Shown here piece after piece: positions 45,188 through 57,484 of a stretch of 64,000 bases of DNA. The stretch is from Selaginella moellendorffii (taxonomy: Eukaryota > Plantae > Lycopodiophyta). The stretch covers positions 124,001-188,000 of the forward strand of contig NW_003314398.1 of assembly GCF_000143415.4 (NCBI RefSeq), read 5' to 3'. Both the position numbers and the translations under genes were made by a program. Below the pieces are notes generated by a model that worked only from the letters and a program-made list of their open reading frames with translations, ran no database searches and was not told the origin of the DNA. Position 1 is the stretch's first letter; each line of letters starts with the position of its first letter.

Positions 45188-47517
45188 ATGGCGGGCGAGG
45201 AGGGGGAAATAAGAGAATCGTGGAAGCAGGCGCTGGATCGCAAGCTCGGGCGGCTGCATTCTTTGCTGTTTGGGGTGGAGGCCGCGATCAAGGCGGAGGA
45301 ATGGGAGAAGGCGCTGGGTCTGGGGCTTTGTCTGCTGGGATTTCTCGAGAGCGAGACGAGGACGAGAGAGGATGCGGTGTACACTGCTCCAATAAAGAGG
45401 CATGTCCAGGATCTGATCGATGCGGCCAGGGACAAATTCTACCAAGGTTTTGAGAGGTAAGTCGATTTTGGCCATGAAATCTAGCTTACGTAGTGATTTG
45501 GTTGAAGAAATGCGCTCGCACAGACAGCTCGATCTAGCGGCGCGGTTTTTGGGGGAGGCCAGCACCGTGTAGACGTCGCAGGGATTAGAAGCTCTCCGCT
45601 TTACAGACCATTATGTGGTGACAGCATCGTGAGTGATCTTTGCAGAATTTTTTATTTTTCCTTTCTCTCGTGGTTTTGACAATCTGAACTTACAGGAACC
45701 AATGGATATTGATCGCATAGACGTCAGCCCGGGAGAGAGCAAGAAGCGCGGAAGAGTCGTGTGTGAGCCGCCAAAGGAAGATATGATAAGGAACAAGTCT
45801 GTCGTTGTAGAGAAGCAAAATCCTGTGGAGAGTTCAGGAGGATTTGTCACAGCAAAGCAAAAATGGGTAAGCATTTTGAACTTTTTGACAGTTCTCCGCA
45901 GAAATTTCTTTCCTCAGGCACTTGACTCCAAGAAAACGGGATCAACATCGTGTCCAGCACCTACAGGGACCAACACCACCGCTAAGACTCTGGGCCGCCG
46001 GAATGTTCGAAGTTCTTTTACACCACCTCTTCGCTCCAATGGGGGAGGAACAACCACGCAGAATTCGGATGCTGCCATATCCGAGTCGACCACCAAATGG
46101 TACGTTCTCATGTCCATTTGGTTTAGTTTCTCAACGGTGTCATGTTAGCTTGGAACTTCTCTCTGGTCCCGATGGCGAGCTGCCTGACAAATTGCGCAAT
46201 CTGGAACCTCGCCTGCTTGAGCACATAAGCAACGAAATAATGGAAAGGGATTCAAACGTTCGCTGGGATGACATAGGTAGCGCTTTTTCTCACTCATTAG
46301 TTTCTGTTGTAACTTCATTTTTTTGCAAACAGCTGGACTGGATCATGCTAAAAAGAGTGTCACAGAAATGGTGATTTGGCCTCTTTTACGCCCGGACATT
46401 TTCCATGGCTGCCGCTCGCCAGGAAAAGGACTCCTCCTTTTTGGCCCCCCTGTAAGTGTATATATCGAGGGCATTGATGAAGCAACTCAAGAATGTGACA
46501 GGGAACAGGCAAGACAATGATAGGAAAAGCGATCGCTGGCGAATCAAAAGCTACATTCTTTTCAATATCAGCAAGCTCGCTAACTAGCAAATGGGTAACT
46601 TTGATTTTCTTCCTAGCACATGCTAATTTTTCTGTTCAGAGTTGCAGATTGGTGAAGGCGAGAAGCTTGTCCGGGCTTTGTTTGGTGTAGCCAGTTGTCG
46701 CACACCAGCGGTGATATTCATCGACGAAGTGGACTCCCTCCTATCTCAGGTATCGTCGACAATCTGAACATCTCGTTCGGTATTTACTTTTTTAAAACCA
46801 GAGGAAATCAGAGGGAGAGCATGAATCAAGCCGAAGGATAAAGACGCAGTTTCTCATCGAGATGGAAGGTATTGGCAGTGGTAACGAGCAGCTTCTTCTT
46901 ATAGGTAAGCCAGGGACTGATCGATGGATTGTAGAGTTCGACAAAAACGTTTCAGGTGCTACAAACAGGCCTCAAGAGCTTGATGAAGCAGCTCGCCGTC
47001 GTTTCTCGAAGAGGCTATACATACCACTTCCTTCTGCTGGTAATTCATTCTCGCCTCACGTTATGCTTGACTATGCTTCCCATGCAGAGGCTCGAGGATG
47101 GATTGTTCGTAACCTCTTGCAAAAGGATGGTCTCTTTTGTATGTCCAGCAGCGACATGGACGAAATATGCTCAATGACCGAGGGTACATACAGACACCAG
47201 CTTTCATAACCGGAATCAAGCTCGTCCTTTTGCTGCTTCCAGGCTATTCCGGTTCTGACATGAACAACCTCGTCAAAGAAGCATCCATGTATCCTCTCCG
47301 CGAGGCGCTCAAAGCGGGGAAAGACATTGGCAAGATTAGCACCGAAGAAATGCGAGCTATTGGGCTACAGGTAAGCAAAAGCTTCCACTCTACGTACTCT
47401 AAATCTCCTTTGCAGGACTTCAGGGCCGCTCTTCAAGAAGTAAAGCCTTCAGTCTCGAAATGCGAGCTGGGTGCCTACGAGGATTGGAACTCTCAGTTTG
47501 GAAGCCTGTGCTTGTGA
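45188..47517 (+). CDS. FIGL1: Fidgetin-like 1 AAA-ATPase (multi-exon)
   Basis: N-terminal RLHSLLFG...[64 protein letters not shown]. Confidence 0.92.
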
Positions 47518-47662
47518 CGAACAAGGAGCGAGCGAGGAGCGGCATCACTAGAAGATTAAAGAGTTATGGTACGTGCTTCAACAAGCGTCCAGCTTATTTC
47601 ATCGTTATCGTGCGAACGCTCCAGGGAGGAAGGATGGACAGGCCGGGGCTGGTTGAGGCTCG

Positions 47663-48591
47663 TCACATAAAGTCGTCCTCAATCTCCTGGAGAGACTTGC
47701 CTTTGCCGGCAATATCCTTGTTGGAAGTCATTTTCTCCGACACCATCAGGGCTTTGTAGCTCCGGACGTCCGCCTCCCTCTCCTTCTGGACGCGCTCCAG
47801 CTCTTCGCGACGTTTCTGCTCGGAAAGACAAACAAGTTCTAGCGGCCTGGGACAAAGAAAAATCGCCAGACCTTGTCGCGCATCTGGTTCTTTCGCTCCG
47901 CTCGTTCCTGGGAGTTGTAGACCTCTCTCTCGGCTGAAACGAGGAAGAGGATGATACCATGAAAACTATCTGGCGAAAGAACGAACAACGCTACCTTTCA
48001 AGTCTGGAGTTCTTTCGACTTTGGTCTTGTTGAGCCGGTTGACGATTTCATTCACGCGCTTCTCGACCTTGACAGTCCGGACCTGTGAAGGAGCAAAGAG
48101 AAGTGAAACTTACAGCAGGAAAGAAACGGCTTACGAGCTTGGGATTGTGGAATCCAACTTGGCCGACGTCCATGGAAGACGACTTTTTAAGATTCGACCA
48201 GGGAGTGTAGACGATGTCGAGATTGTTGATCTTGTTCCCTGGAGCAGAAGCAAAGTTGTAAAGAACGATCAAACTTCCAAGCGTGTTGCTTGTTACCTTG
48301 GATGGAGTTTGCCTTGACGAGCTGAGCGCAGTCCTCCAGGAGCTCCGCGCTGATATTGTCCATGGTCTGGCCTTTGTGGAGCCTCAAGTAGACATGAGCC
48401 GAGGAGAGCTTGTCAACGTGAAACCTGGGAAGATCCAAACCAGGAAAATTCCTTAGGGAAGAGAAGAATTGGCCATACCAGATATCCTCGGGGAAGCCAT
48501 ACTTGATGAGGTCCTCGTTCTCGTGCTTGTCCAGCCCCATGTAGATGGTGAAGTCGCCCACCTCGGGCCTGGCCTTGAAGTAGTAGACCAT
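47663..48591 (-). CDS. CCDC25: CCDC25 / NFACT-R domain protein (multi-exon)
   Basis: MVYYF...[49 protein letters not shown]-terminal EDDFM. Confidence 0.92.
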
Positions 48592-48907
48592 CCCTCGACG
48601 GCGCTCCACTAAAAAACCTAGAAGTAAAACTCCCCAGCAAGAAAAACAATCGCGTTTTGATTGGACTTTGACTATGATCGACAAGAGATTCGGGCGTGAC
48701 CGCGCACGGGGAAGAACGACAGACCTCTCTGTACTTTGTTGACACGTTCTATACGGCTGAAAATGTCTTTCTCTGAACAAGTCTCTAAGAACGAGTCTTC
48801 TGACACCTTGATATATATCTATCCGGGCGCCTCGAGAAGAAGAAGCAAAGGACCCCCAAAAGCGGGAAGGAGGCGCGATCAAAGCAGCAAGCACCACTGA
48901 TCTTGAA

Positions 48908-49731
48908 ATGGAAATCAATGGTATTGTGTGGAAACGGAAGAATTCTAGAATCGCCATCGCATTGAAACATTGGTTTTTTGCTTAGTTCTTGGTGGGAGAG
49001 AGCTCAAGGACACCGAATGGTTTGGCACGCAGGACCCGTATGTGATTTTACAGTATGGATCCCAAAAGTTCACAACAAAAACTTGCAAAGGTATGGCACA
49101 TTTCTCCTCGTTTTTTTCTAAAGTTTTATCAATCTAGATGGTGGTGAGAATCCTGTGTTCAACGACAACTTCACGCCCTCCCTGATCGAGGGTGTTCGAG
49201 AGATGAGTGTGGAGGTTTGGAACGAGAACTCGATGAGATCCGATCAGTGTATTGGCGCAGGAAAGGTGCTCCTCGACAAAGTCTTAGCTTCCGGCTATGA
49301 TGATCGAAGCTGGCCACTCAAAACAAAGAGGGGAAAGTAGTTATCTAAACTCTTGGATCTTGGAACTTTAGAAAACTAATTGCTGACAAAACATTTCCCG
49401 TTGCAGGGACGCTGGGAAAGTGAGGCTGATTTTGCACTGCGACACTACAGTTGGGATTTATCCTCCTCAAGGTGGCAATGCTCCAGCAGCTCAATGCGAG
49501 AGTGGAGAGCCAGAAACATCAGAGAAGACCTCTTCAGCATCAGGGATTGGGAGCGCGATCAAGAAATTGGTTGGAGGCCACAGGCAAGGAGAACAAAAGC
49601 AAGAGGGAGGACATGAACAAAATGAAGAGCACAAAGCAGAAGAAGTAGAAGGAGCGGAAGAAGGAGGAGGAGAAGAAGAAGAAGACGAAGAAGAGTCTGA
49701 GTCGGAGGAGGAGGAGGAAGATGATGAGTGA
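48908..49731 (+). CDS. C2-domain (CaLB) protein with acidic tail
   Basis: [49 protein letters not shown]; poly-Glu C-terminus. Confidence 0.85.
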
Positions 49732-49779
49732 TGATCAGCCATAAAAATCGTAAGTTGGGATTTCCATTTGCTTGCGATT

Positions 49780-50630
49780 GAGTTTGCTTGAAAGGTTTTA
49801 TAACGATTAAATATAAATTTAATACTTTTTAATAATCACACCACAGAAATTACCAAAAAGCAAAATATCCTTTCATTTTTAATTAGTATTTTTTATTTAT
49901 GTATATTAAATTATGTACCATAGTTGCTAAATATTTAAAATATTAATAATAAATAAGTTTTTAAAATGATGAGAAAGAAATTTCCTTAGCTTTTGAAGTA
50001 TATAATAGAAGCTTATATATATCAAATGCATTCTTTAGAAATATATATGAATCCTGTATAATTATATTATTTGTGTAACTCTTTTTCTTAATACTTTTTA
50101 TGTTAATAATAGCAACTGAATTAAATTGAAATGTTAAATGTGAAGATTTTGGATAATTATTATTTTGTGGAAAATGTTTAAAATAAAATATGACAATTTG
50201 CAATGAAAGAAGAGAAAGCACTAAAACTTTTGGATCTTAATACTTCAGAAAATCAATTGCTAATAAAACATTTAAAGCTCACAATACTCCGTTAGCGTGA
50301 AAAACCTTAAGATGGTTTATGATTAACTTATGATTAAGATGGTTTATGATTAATTAAGATGGTTTATTAATTAGTGCAACTGATTAAATAAAACAACTTG
50401 GGAAATATATTATTTATCTTTCATTTTTATTTTGTCTGTATAATATAAATCACACTTTGTAGTTAAACAGTATAAAAATGATTTTAAAAATTAATAAATA
50501 CAAATTAGGTTTTCCTCAAATCAAAGTGTTGCTACACAAATGATTTCATGATTTATTTCAAAAATGTAATTCAGAAAAAGGAAACTAATGTCTAAAAAAC
50601 TAAAATTACAATATCAATGCTTTAAACCAG
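49780..50630. repeat. AT-rich block with a short tandem repeat (TTAAGATGGTTTAT x3 at ~50307-50370)
   Basis: Abrupt drop in GC; three copies visible; probable TE relic. Confidence 0.5.
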
Positions 50631-50700
50631 GATGGTTATTGTTGAAACAAAAAGCACTCAAAATTACAAACAGCTGTTACAAAGAGCCCTAAACTTGGAT

Positions 50701-51901
50701 ATGGGGCGCGTGTGCCAGGGCTTCCTCCAATGCCTCCTCAAGCTCGTCAATTTCGTGCTCATCCTCCTCGGCATCGCGATGATCGTCTACTCCTTGTGGA
50801 TGCTCAACGAGTGGCACTCCCGCCAGGAGCCATCGCATCCGCCGGCGGCGTCTCCTGCTCCGGAGCAGCTCCAGGATCATCACCACGCGTTTCTGGCGAT
50901 CGTGGCGGAGAAGGGGAATGGCTATCCTCGGGGCCCGGGTAGGGCTACGTGGATGATCGATCTGGAGCCAGCGATCACGCTGGGGAAGAGTCTCCCGGCT
51001 CCCTGGTGAGTCTATCTGTTCTAGATCCCTTTTCTTTCTTGTCTCTTATCTCGCATTTGCAAGGTTCATCTATGCGTTCTTAGGGGTGGGAGCGATTGTT
51101 TTGGTGATCACTTGCACCGGCCATGTTGCTGCCGAGACTGCCAGTGGCTGTTGCCTTTGCTTCGTATCCATTGTTCTTTCTTTTGCTACCTCTTCCAGAA
51201 TTTTTTTTTCTTGCTTCCTTGACTGCTAATCCAGTACACTTTGTTGTTGGTGGTGCTTTTGCTCGCGCAAGCTGTTCTAGCTGGATTTATCATCTTTGAT
51301 AAGAACTGGGAGAAGGTACTAGCTCGTTTCTCTACTTCTTGGCTTCAAGACTCTCGTTCCTCACAGGCAGTTCCGGAAGATCCAACTGGCGAATTCGACA
51401 GGATCGCACACTTTATAAAGCGCAACTTCGCGATTTGCAAGTGGGTGGCTCTGGGAGTAATCATTCTTGAGGTAATCACCGCGAGCTTTTCTTTTCTCTG
51501 TCGTTGTAGCTGAGAAACAAGATTGGCAGGCTCTCTCCCTGTTCTTGGCAATCGTCTTGAGGTCCGTGGCCTTGGGAGCCCAGAGAGGCTACGACAGTGA
51601 CGATGACATGCCGGTGAGAAACACGAGGCAGCCTCTCTTGAACCGTCAGGCGACGCAGTCGAATGCAACTCCATCAGCTCCAGCCGAGAGCCGACCACCA
51701 CGCAACGATGCCTGGAGCACCAGGATGCGAGAAAAGGTTGCTTCCAAATCTTTCTTTTTGCCTTGGCTGAGTTTTCAATCGCTCGTGTCGCAGTATGGCT
51801 TGGACACCGCCGAGTTCACGTACAATCCAGTGGATTCCAAGAGAGTTCCAGCGCAAAACCAGCCCCCTCCCGAGCCGAAGAGAGGATGTGTGATCATGTA
51901 A
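50701..51901 (+). CDS. TOM2A: TOM2A-like tetraspanin-family membrane protein
   Basis: [48 protein letters not shown], CaaX end CVIM. Confidence 0.88.
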
Positions 51902-52031
51902 ATACGTGTGAGATTCGTAGGATAATCGTGTTTCCACTGGCATATTCGTAACGTAATGCTTTTAGGGCTTAGAGAAAGAATATTCACGGAATTTATAGAG
52001 CTTTCAAACTTTACAAGCTCGCGGATGCGTG

Positions 52032-53880
52032 CTAGCTGATCGCTGGAGGCATGTCCATGAGCGTCACTTCCGGGCTCTTGGAGAATTCATCGTCGCTGCT
52101 CAAGCCATCCTCGCTGACAGCATCGTCGGCCCTCTCGCGGAGCCACGGCTCGAGCGCTTCGTCCATGCGGCCGCCAAACACCGGCTTGATGTAGCCCTGG
52201 TCCAGCCACCGGAACACGGCGTGTGGGACGGAGCGAGGACCCCAGTCGTCTTCTTCGTGGGAGTACTTGAGCTCGTGGGCTTGCAAACTTGTCATCCTTG
52301 AGCTCGACGGGGGCGACGAGAGTCCCAGGAGTTTTAGCATCGGACCTGTGGAGCTCCCGAAGAGCAGGGTGGTGACGACGACGATGAACAAGGTGGTGGT
52401 CTCGATAGCGCGGTTCTTCGTCGGTATGTTCACGGCTAGAGCGTACGAGACGGCGCCACGGAGGCCGCACAGCCACATCATCGATTTCATGGGTGTTGTT
52501 ATCGGCCACCGCCTGGATCACAGCAAAGTTAAGCCATGGAAGACAAGTGATTGAGACGAGAGCTTTTACCGTCCTTTGTTTGCCAGCCATGAGAGTGGAA
52601 AGATGTTGATGGCCCTCGAGATTAGACACAGGGGGATCGCTGAGAGTATGAGTCCTGTGTCGAACTTGTGGTCGAGCAGCACAACTTGCATTCCCAAGTA
52701 TCCAAACACGAAGATCTCCGCCAGGAAAGATAGAGCCTCTAGCGCATACCTCGAGCCGATTTTCGATGCCTGTGACGAGTTGTAGTAGCCGTAGTGAGCG
52801 TTGCAGATGCCGCAGAAGAAAAGGGACATGATGCCGGAGAGTGACAGTAGTTCGCCGACGGCGTAGGCTACGTAAGCCGAGATGAGAATGAAGGCCAGCT
52901 CGAACTTGGCGTATTCACTCTTGGAGTCTATGAACTTCAGCACCAGTGCACACAACAGCGACACCACAAAGCCCAAAGCCGTCGAGGCAACGCTGATGAC
53001 ACAAAACTGCACTGTATCACAATGAAAGAGAGCACTGGTATCGTTGTACTTGCTAGAAGAAAATTGCGTGCTTACCTATGGCAACACCAATGGTCGAGAA
53101 AGTGAACTTTATATCCAGGAAAGACTCCTGTAAGCCAGTGCTCGTTAAGTAACAATGATAAAAAGAAAAAAGCTTACAAAAGTCCGGAAGAGAACTATCG
53201 CGCTAGCATCGTTGACAAGGCTCTCGCCTAGAACAAGGTTGTACAGCAATGTAGGAGCATGAACGTCTGGATTGAGAAGGATGTAAGCACCAATAGCAAA
53301 CTCATCGTAGTACCTTGGAATATGGACAGCGTTGCGACGGGATCAATCGCGGATATGAGAGCTCCAAACATTAGAGAGTCGAGCAATGGCGCTTCCTTAC
53401 TCAAGTGCCTGATGACACCGGCCAAGTAGAGGAAGTAAGTAAGGAGGCCATAAGCAAGAGCCGAGACAACCGTTCCAGCCACTGCGAAGAGCATGATCGT
53501 CGTGAAGTTGCGAAAAAAATCCTGAGAAGAAATCCAAGCAAAGTTCTTAGCGAGCTGGAGAATGCCAAGGGAGGCATACCTTTCGTTTGAGGGAGTAGCC
53601 AGCATTGAAAATAATAATTGGAAGTAGCCAGTAGAAGAAAGCCTGATTATCAAACGTGAGATTTCCGCCATCGAAGAAGAGCTTGGACAATCCTCCGAAT
53701 AGAATGCCGAGAATCATCGCGGCGGCTGGAAGGCAAACGATTCATGAGCTCTGGGAAGAAATTTCATTTCCACGAACCTGATTCCGTCAAGTAGATGAAC
53801 TGGTGCTTCTTCGCGAGGTACGCCACGAGCACGGCCACGATCATGAGCAGGCAGCAGAGGAGAATGTCTTCCATCGCCAT
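52032..53880 (-). CDS. NHX: Na+/H+ exchanger (CPA1/NHX family, multi-exon)
   Basis: FFYWLLPIIIFNAGYSL, FFRNF.TI.LFAV.GT, FGALISAIDPVATL, GESLVNDA, LSGIMSLFFCGI, W.CGLRGA. Confidence 0.9.
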
Positions 53881-53983
53881 GGCGAGCGAATTTGCGGGGA
53901 CCTCGAGCTGGACGCATTCCCTGTTCCAATATGCCCTAAATTTTCTAAAAAGATTTTAGGGCTCCTCCCCTCTTCTTCCTCTC

Positions 53984-54996
53984 ATGTTTGCAGCCAAGGC
54001 GCTCAAGAGGTCCGGCGACGTGCTGCGCCTCCATCTTCGCGCCGCGGCGCATCGATCGTTCTCGTCGGCAGCCGCGCCTTGTTCCGATAGTAAGGTTTAC
54101 AGCGATGCGAGCCGCGCATCGCGAGAGCTTTGGCTGAAATATTTCTTTGTTGCGCCTTGGCAGCAGCAGCCGCCGCCGCCGGATCAAATGCAAGCTCGAG
54201 AACTCTTCTCGGTGTTCTACGCGAGGCACAACAACAAGGTAAAGAAGAAGAAGAAATAATTCTCGAGAGAAAAAGCTTGTAAGAATTTCTTCCTCTGGTA
54301 GGAAGATTTCCATTCGCCTGTGGACTTCTCCATCCACTCCTACCGCCGAGAGAGGGCCGCCTTCTTCTCAACCATGACTCCAAGGGAGCGTCAAAAGATC
54401 ATGCTACAGGTACTTCAGTTCATCTCTCAAGTTTCTTTTCCAATCACAATTTCCAGAGCTTCGATCGTCCAAAGTTTGGGTTGCATCTCCCAACGAGGAG
54501 CTCGACAAGACAAGCTTCATGATCTCGTCATGGATAAGGAAGTTGTGGGTGCCGACGCTGGCCGTGTTGACAGTCATCCTGGGTTGGCAGTACCCGGTGA
54601 GCTTGGCCGTCAATCTGCTTCTCTTGGTCTGGAGCACAAAGCCAACTCCAGCGTCGATTCACATATGGCTTGAAGAGGTAGCTTCTTCCTTTTCTTCTCT
54701 TTCTCTTTTGACGTTTGATCGTTTGTTCTAGAGGCGAATGGAGGCAGCGATCCAGAAGCAAGGCCTAGACCGCTTCAAACACCAGGTAGAAAACTTGAAA
54801 GGAATACCTGAGCCTGACACTTGTGTGTGCTTGGCATTGGCAGCTCAACTTCTCGCTAGTCAAGCACATCCAGGTGGAAGACCATCTCCTCTTCTGCTTG
54901 GCCCGAGTGAGCGGCCTCACGGAGTCGATCGTGCTGCTTGGCTTTCTCGGCAACTGGTGGGTCTTGCACTCGTCCACGGTTTTCTTGAAATACTGA
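53984..54996 (+). CDS. Uncharacterised membrane protein with mitochondrial-type presequence (multi-exon)
   Basis: MFAAKALKR...RSFSS presequence; TM segment; STKP.P.SI; ED..LFCLARV...LGFLGNWW; GT-AG introns. Confidence 0.65.
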
Positions 54997-55089
54997 GCTC
55001 TGTACATACGCAAAGAGTCACTTGTTCTGGAAGCACGGTCTCGTAAGAGTTATCTCTGCTGCTGGAATGTTAGAACATCTGTGAACGGC

Positions 55090-56811
55090 TTACTCTCGCG
55101 TTTCCATTCTGGCAGTAACATTCTCCTTGGACACTCTCCCAGTGCTTTTAAGCATCGCAACAACAGCCTCGTGCACAGCCACATCGATCTCTACTCCACT
55201 CTCTGACGCTTCCCGGAGCAGCGTGACAGCGTCGTCGGCTCTCTCAGCCTTGCAAATCCCATCTAGCAGAGCCCCGTAAGTCGCCGCGTCTGGCCGGCAC
55301 TCCCGCTGTGGCATCTCCCTGAACAGCTCCAGAGCTCTTTCAACGCGGCCAACCCGGCAGAGCCCGGAGATGAGAGCGTTGTAAGTGACCGTCTGTGGCG
55401 ATACGTCTCCCCGGATCATGTCCGAGAACACCTCGTCGGCTTCCAGACCCCGGCCAGCCTTGCCAAGGCCATCGATGATCACCCAGTACGTAAGAAAGCT
55501 CGGCCTTGTGGATCCCGATAGCACCTGCTGGTAGAGCTCCATCGCTTCCCCGGCTCTCCCCTTCCTCAAAAGCCCATACAAGAGGAGCGTATACATGGTC
55601 GCCGTCGGCTTTGCTCGTTTGCCATCCTCGAGCTTCCCTCGATCTTCCACAAGCCTCGGTTTGGAATGCGATTCCACCAAGCTCCGGAACGTTCGAACAT
55701 CCGGCATTCTTCCCTTGGCCACCATCTTCTCCATGAACTTCCAAGCGTCATCCAGCCGCTGTGCGCTGCACAGCCCGTCCACGATCACGCTGTACGTGAC
55801 AAAATCGGGCTCGCACTTCTCGTTTCCAGTCATCTCCTCGAAACCTTTGAGAGCCTCGTCCAGACGACCCGCCTCACAGAACTTCCGAAGCACGTACGTG
55901 TGCGGCACCGCGTCGGGCTTGAAATGCTTCTCCTTCATCATCCTCAGGAGCTTCCACGCATCGCTCACCCGGCCACACCGGCACAGGATCTCCAGAGCAA
56001 CACCCAGGCACGGCATGTCGGGTATCTTGTCCTTGTCCACCATCTCCTGCGCGACTTTGGTGGCGTGATCCAAGCGCCCTTGCCTGCTGAGCTCGTAGAT
56101 CATGGTGCTATACGTCGACGAATCCGGCTGGCAAGTCTCTTGCATCATCTGGTAGTAAGAAAACGCATCGTCCAGCTTCCCAGATCGCAGGAGCCCGTTG
56201 AGCAGCACGCTGTAGATCGCCGTCTTGGCCTCGATGCCACCCCGTCCTTGCATCTCGTTGAAGACCTCGCATGCCTCGTCGATCCTCCCGGCGTCGCAGA
56301 GCCCCCGGACGAGCACCGTGTACGTGAAAGCATTGGGCTTGAACATCCGGCTGAAGCGCTGCTTGAAGATGCCATACGCGTCCATGGATCGGCCACACCG
56401 GACGAGCGTCTCCAGCAGCTGGTTGGCGGAGGTGATGTCGTGCTTGAATCCATCCTGCCTCGCGGCCCAGACGAAGAAGCTCACGGCCTGATCGGGCAGC
56501 ACGAGATGGCTCAGCACCAGGCACGCAATGCGTGTCGAGTCCCGGAGGTGTGAGACCAAGCGCTTGTCCAATCGCCCAGCCTTGACAGCGGCCACGATGG
56601 CCTCGGCATCCACCATCTCCGGCCGGATGGGATCCTTGGCCCAGTTGTATGCCGCCTTCTTCCCGCGAGCTTGGATCGCTCGATCCAGCCCTGCCACTGC
56701 GGTCTCCACGAGCTGGCTGCCGCAAAACGCGGCCAAGCAGCGAGCGCTGGAAAACCTGTATGCCTCCTCCCATCTCCATTTCCTGCCGAGAAAGAATGCC
56801 GCTACCGGCAT
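55090..56811 (-). CDS. P-class pentatricopeptide repeat protein
   Basis: About 11-12 tandem 35-aa motifs (TY..L..GLC..GR..EA...F.EM) after FF.WA..Q.GF.H. Confidence 0.95.
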   Translation of the reverse strand: MPVAAFFLGRKWRWEEAYRFSSARCLAAFCGSQLVETAVAGLDRAIQARGKKAAYNWAKDPIRPEMVDAEAIVAAVKAGRLDKRLVSHLRDSTRIACLVLSHLVLPDQAVSFFVWAARQDGFKHDITSANQLLETLVRCGRSMDAYGIFKQRFSRMFKPNAFTYTVLVRGLCDAGRIDEACEVFNEMQGRGGIEAKTAIYSVLLNGLLRSGKLDDAFSYYQMMQETCQPDSSTYSTMIYELSRQGRLDHATKVAQEMVDKDKIPDMPCLGVALEILCRCGRVSDAWKLLRMMKEKHFKPDAVPHTYVLRKFCEAGRLDEALKGFEEMTGNEKCEPDFVTYSVIVDGLCSAQRLDDAWKFMEKMVAKGRMPDVRTFRSLVESHSKPRLVEDRGKLEDGKRAKPTATMYTLLLYGLLRKGRAGEAMELYQQVLSGSTRPSFLTYWVIIDGLGKAGRGLEADEVFSDMIRGDVSPQTVTYNALISGLCRVGRVERALELFREMPQRECRPDAATYGALLDGICKAERADDAVTLLREASESGVEIDVAVHEAVVAMLKSTGRVSKENVTARMETRE

Positions 56812-56870
56812 TCTCCTCTTATTTCCTCCTTGCTACCTAGCTGAAGAACCCTAAAATCCCTGAAAGAGAT

Positions 56871-57443
56871 CTACCACGATGCCTTGTAGAGCCCCATGAG
56901 CTCGTGGCGCCCGGCCATCTCCCGCAAGCAGATTCGCGACATTCTAAACTTGCGGTAGACCGATCGAGACCTGCCCGTGATGATGCACCGGTTCCTCACC
57001 CGCGTGATGGAGCTGTTCTTGGGCAGCGCGTTGAGCTTGCTCTCGAAATATCGGCGGACCTCGAGCGGGAGATTGCGGTCGTGCGTCATCGCCTTGTACT
57101 GCATGCGCTCGTTCTCGTGCTCCGCGACGCACAGCCGGCGCTTGAAATCCCGGATCGCCTTGTTGTTCACCATGCGGCCGATGCGCTTGAGATAGACGGG
57201 GCTCCGCTGCGACAGAAAGATCGGTGGAAATTTCGCCGCATCCTTGGCAGATTCGGCAGCAGGGGCTGGAGAATCGCTAGCTGGAGAATCACTGGCTGGA
57301 GAAGAAGCTCCTGGAGCGGGCGCTTCTCCTTCTGCGGAGCGGATGCTCGAGCTTGTGAATGGCCGCGCCGACAAGAAGGATGATCTAAGACTGCCGCCGA
57401 GCAAGGACTGGTTCCATCGCGCGCTTCTCAGGAGGAATGCCAT
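56871..57443 (-). CDS. RPS14: Nuclear-encoded mitochondrial ribosomal protein S14 with presequence
   Basis: IRD.KRR...A..E..R..YKA, LPKNSS.TRVRNRCI.TGR.RSVY.KFR.SRI..RE.A, KASW; ~90-aa Ser/Arg/Ala-rich extension. Confidence 0.93.
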   Translation of the reverse strand: MAFLLRSARWNQSLLGGSLRSSFLSARPFTSSSIRSAEGEAPAPGASSPASDSPASDSPAPAAESAKDAAKFPPIFLSQRSPVYLKRIGRMVNNKAIRDFKRRLCVAEHENERMQYKAMTHDRNLPLEVRRYFESKLNALPKNSSITRVRNRCIITGRSRSVYRKFRMSRICLREMAGRHELMGLYKASW

Positions 57444-57484
57444 TGTCTCTTCCCTGTCAAGAACCCTAAATCAAAAGCAAATCG

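Noticed and set aside
48187-48957. 256-aa ORF extending CCDC25 upstream
   Set aside because: The conserved protein starts at ATG 48591; the extension crosses the divergent promoter and the C2 gene start
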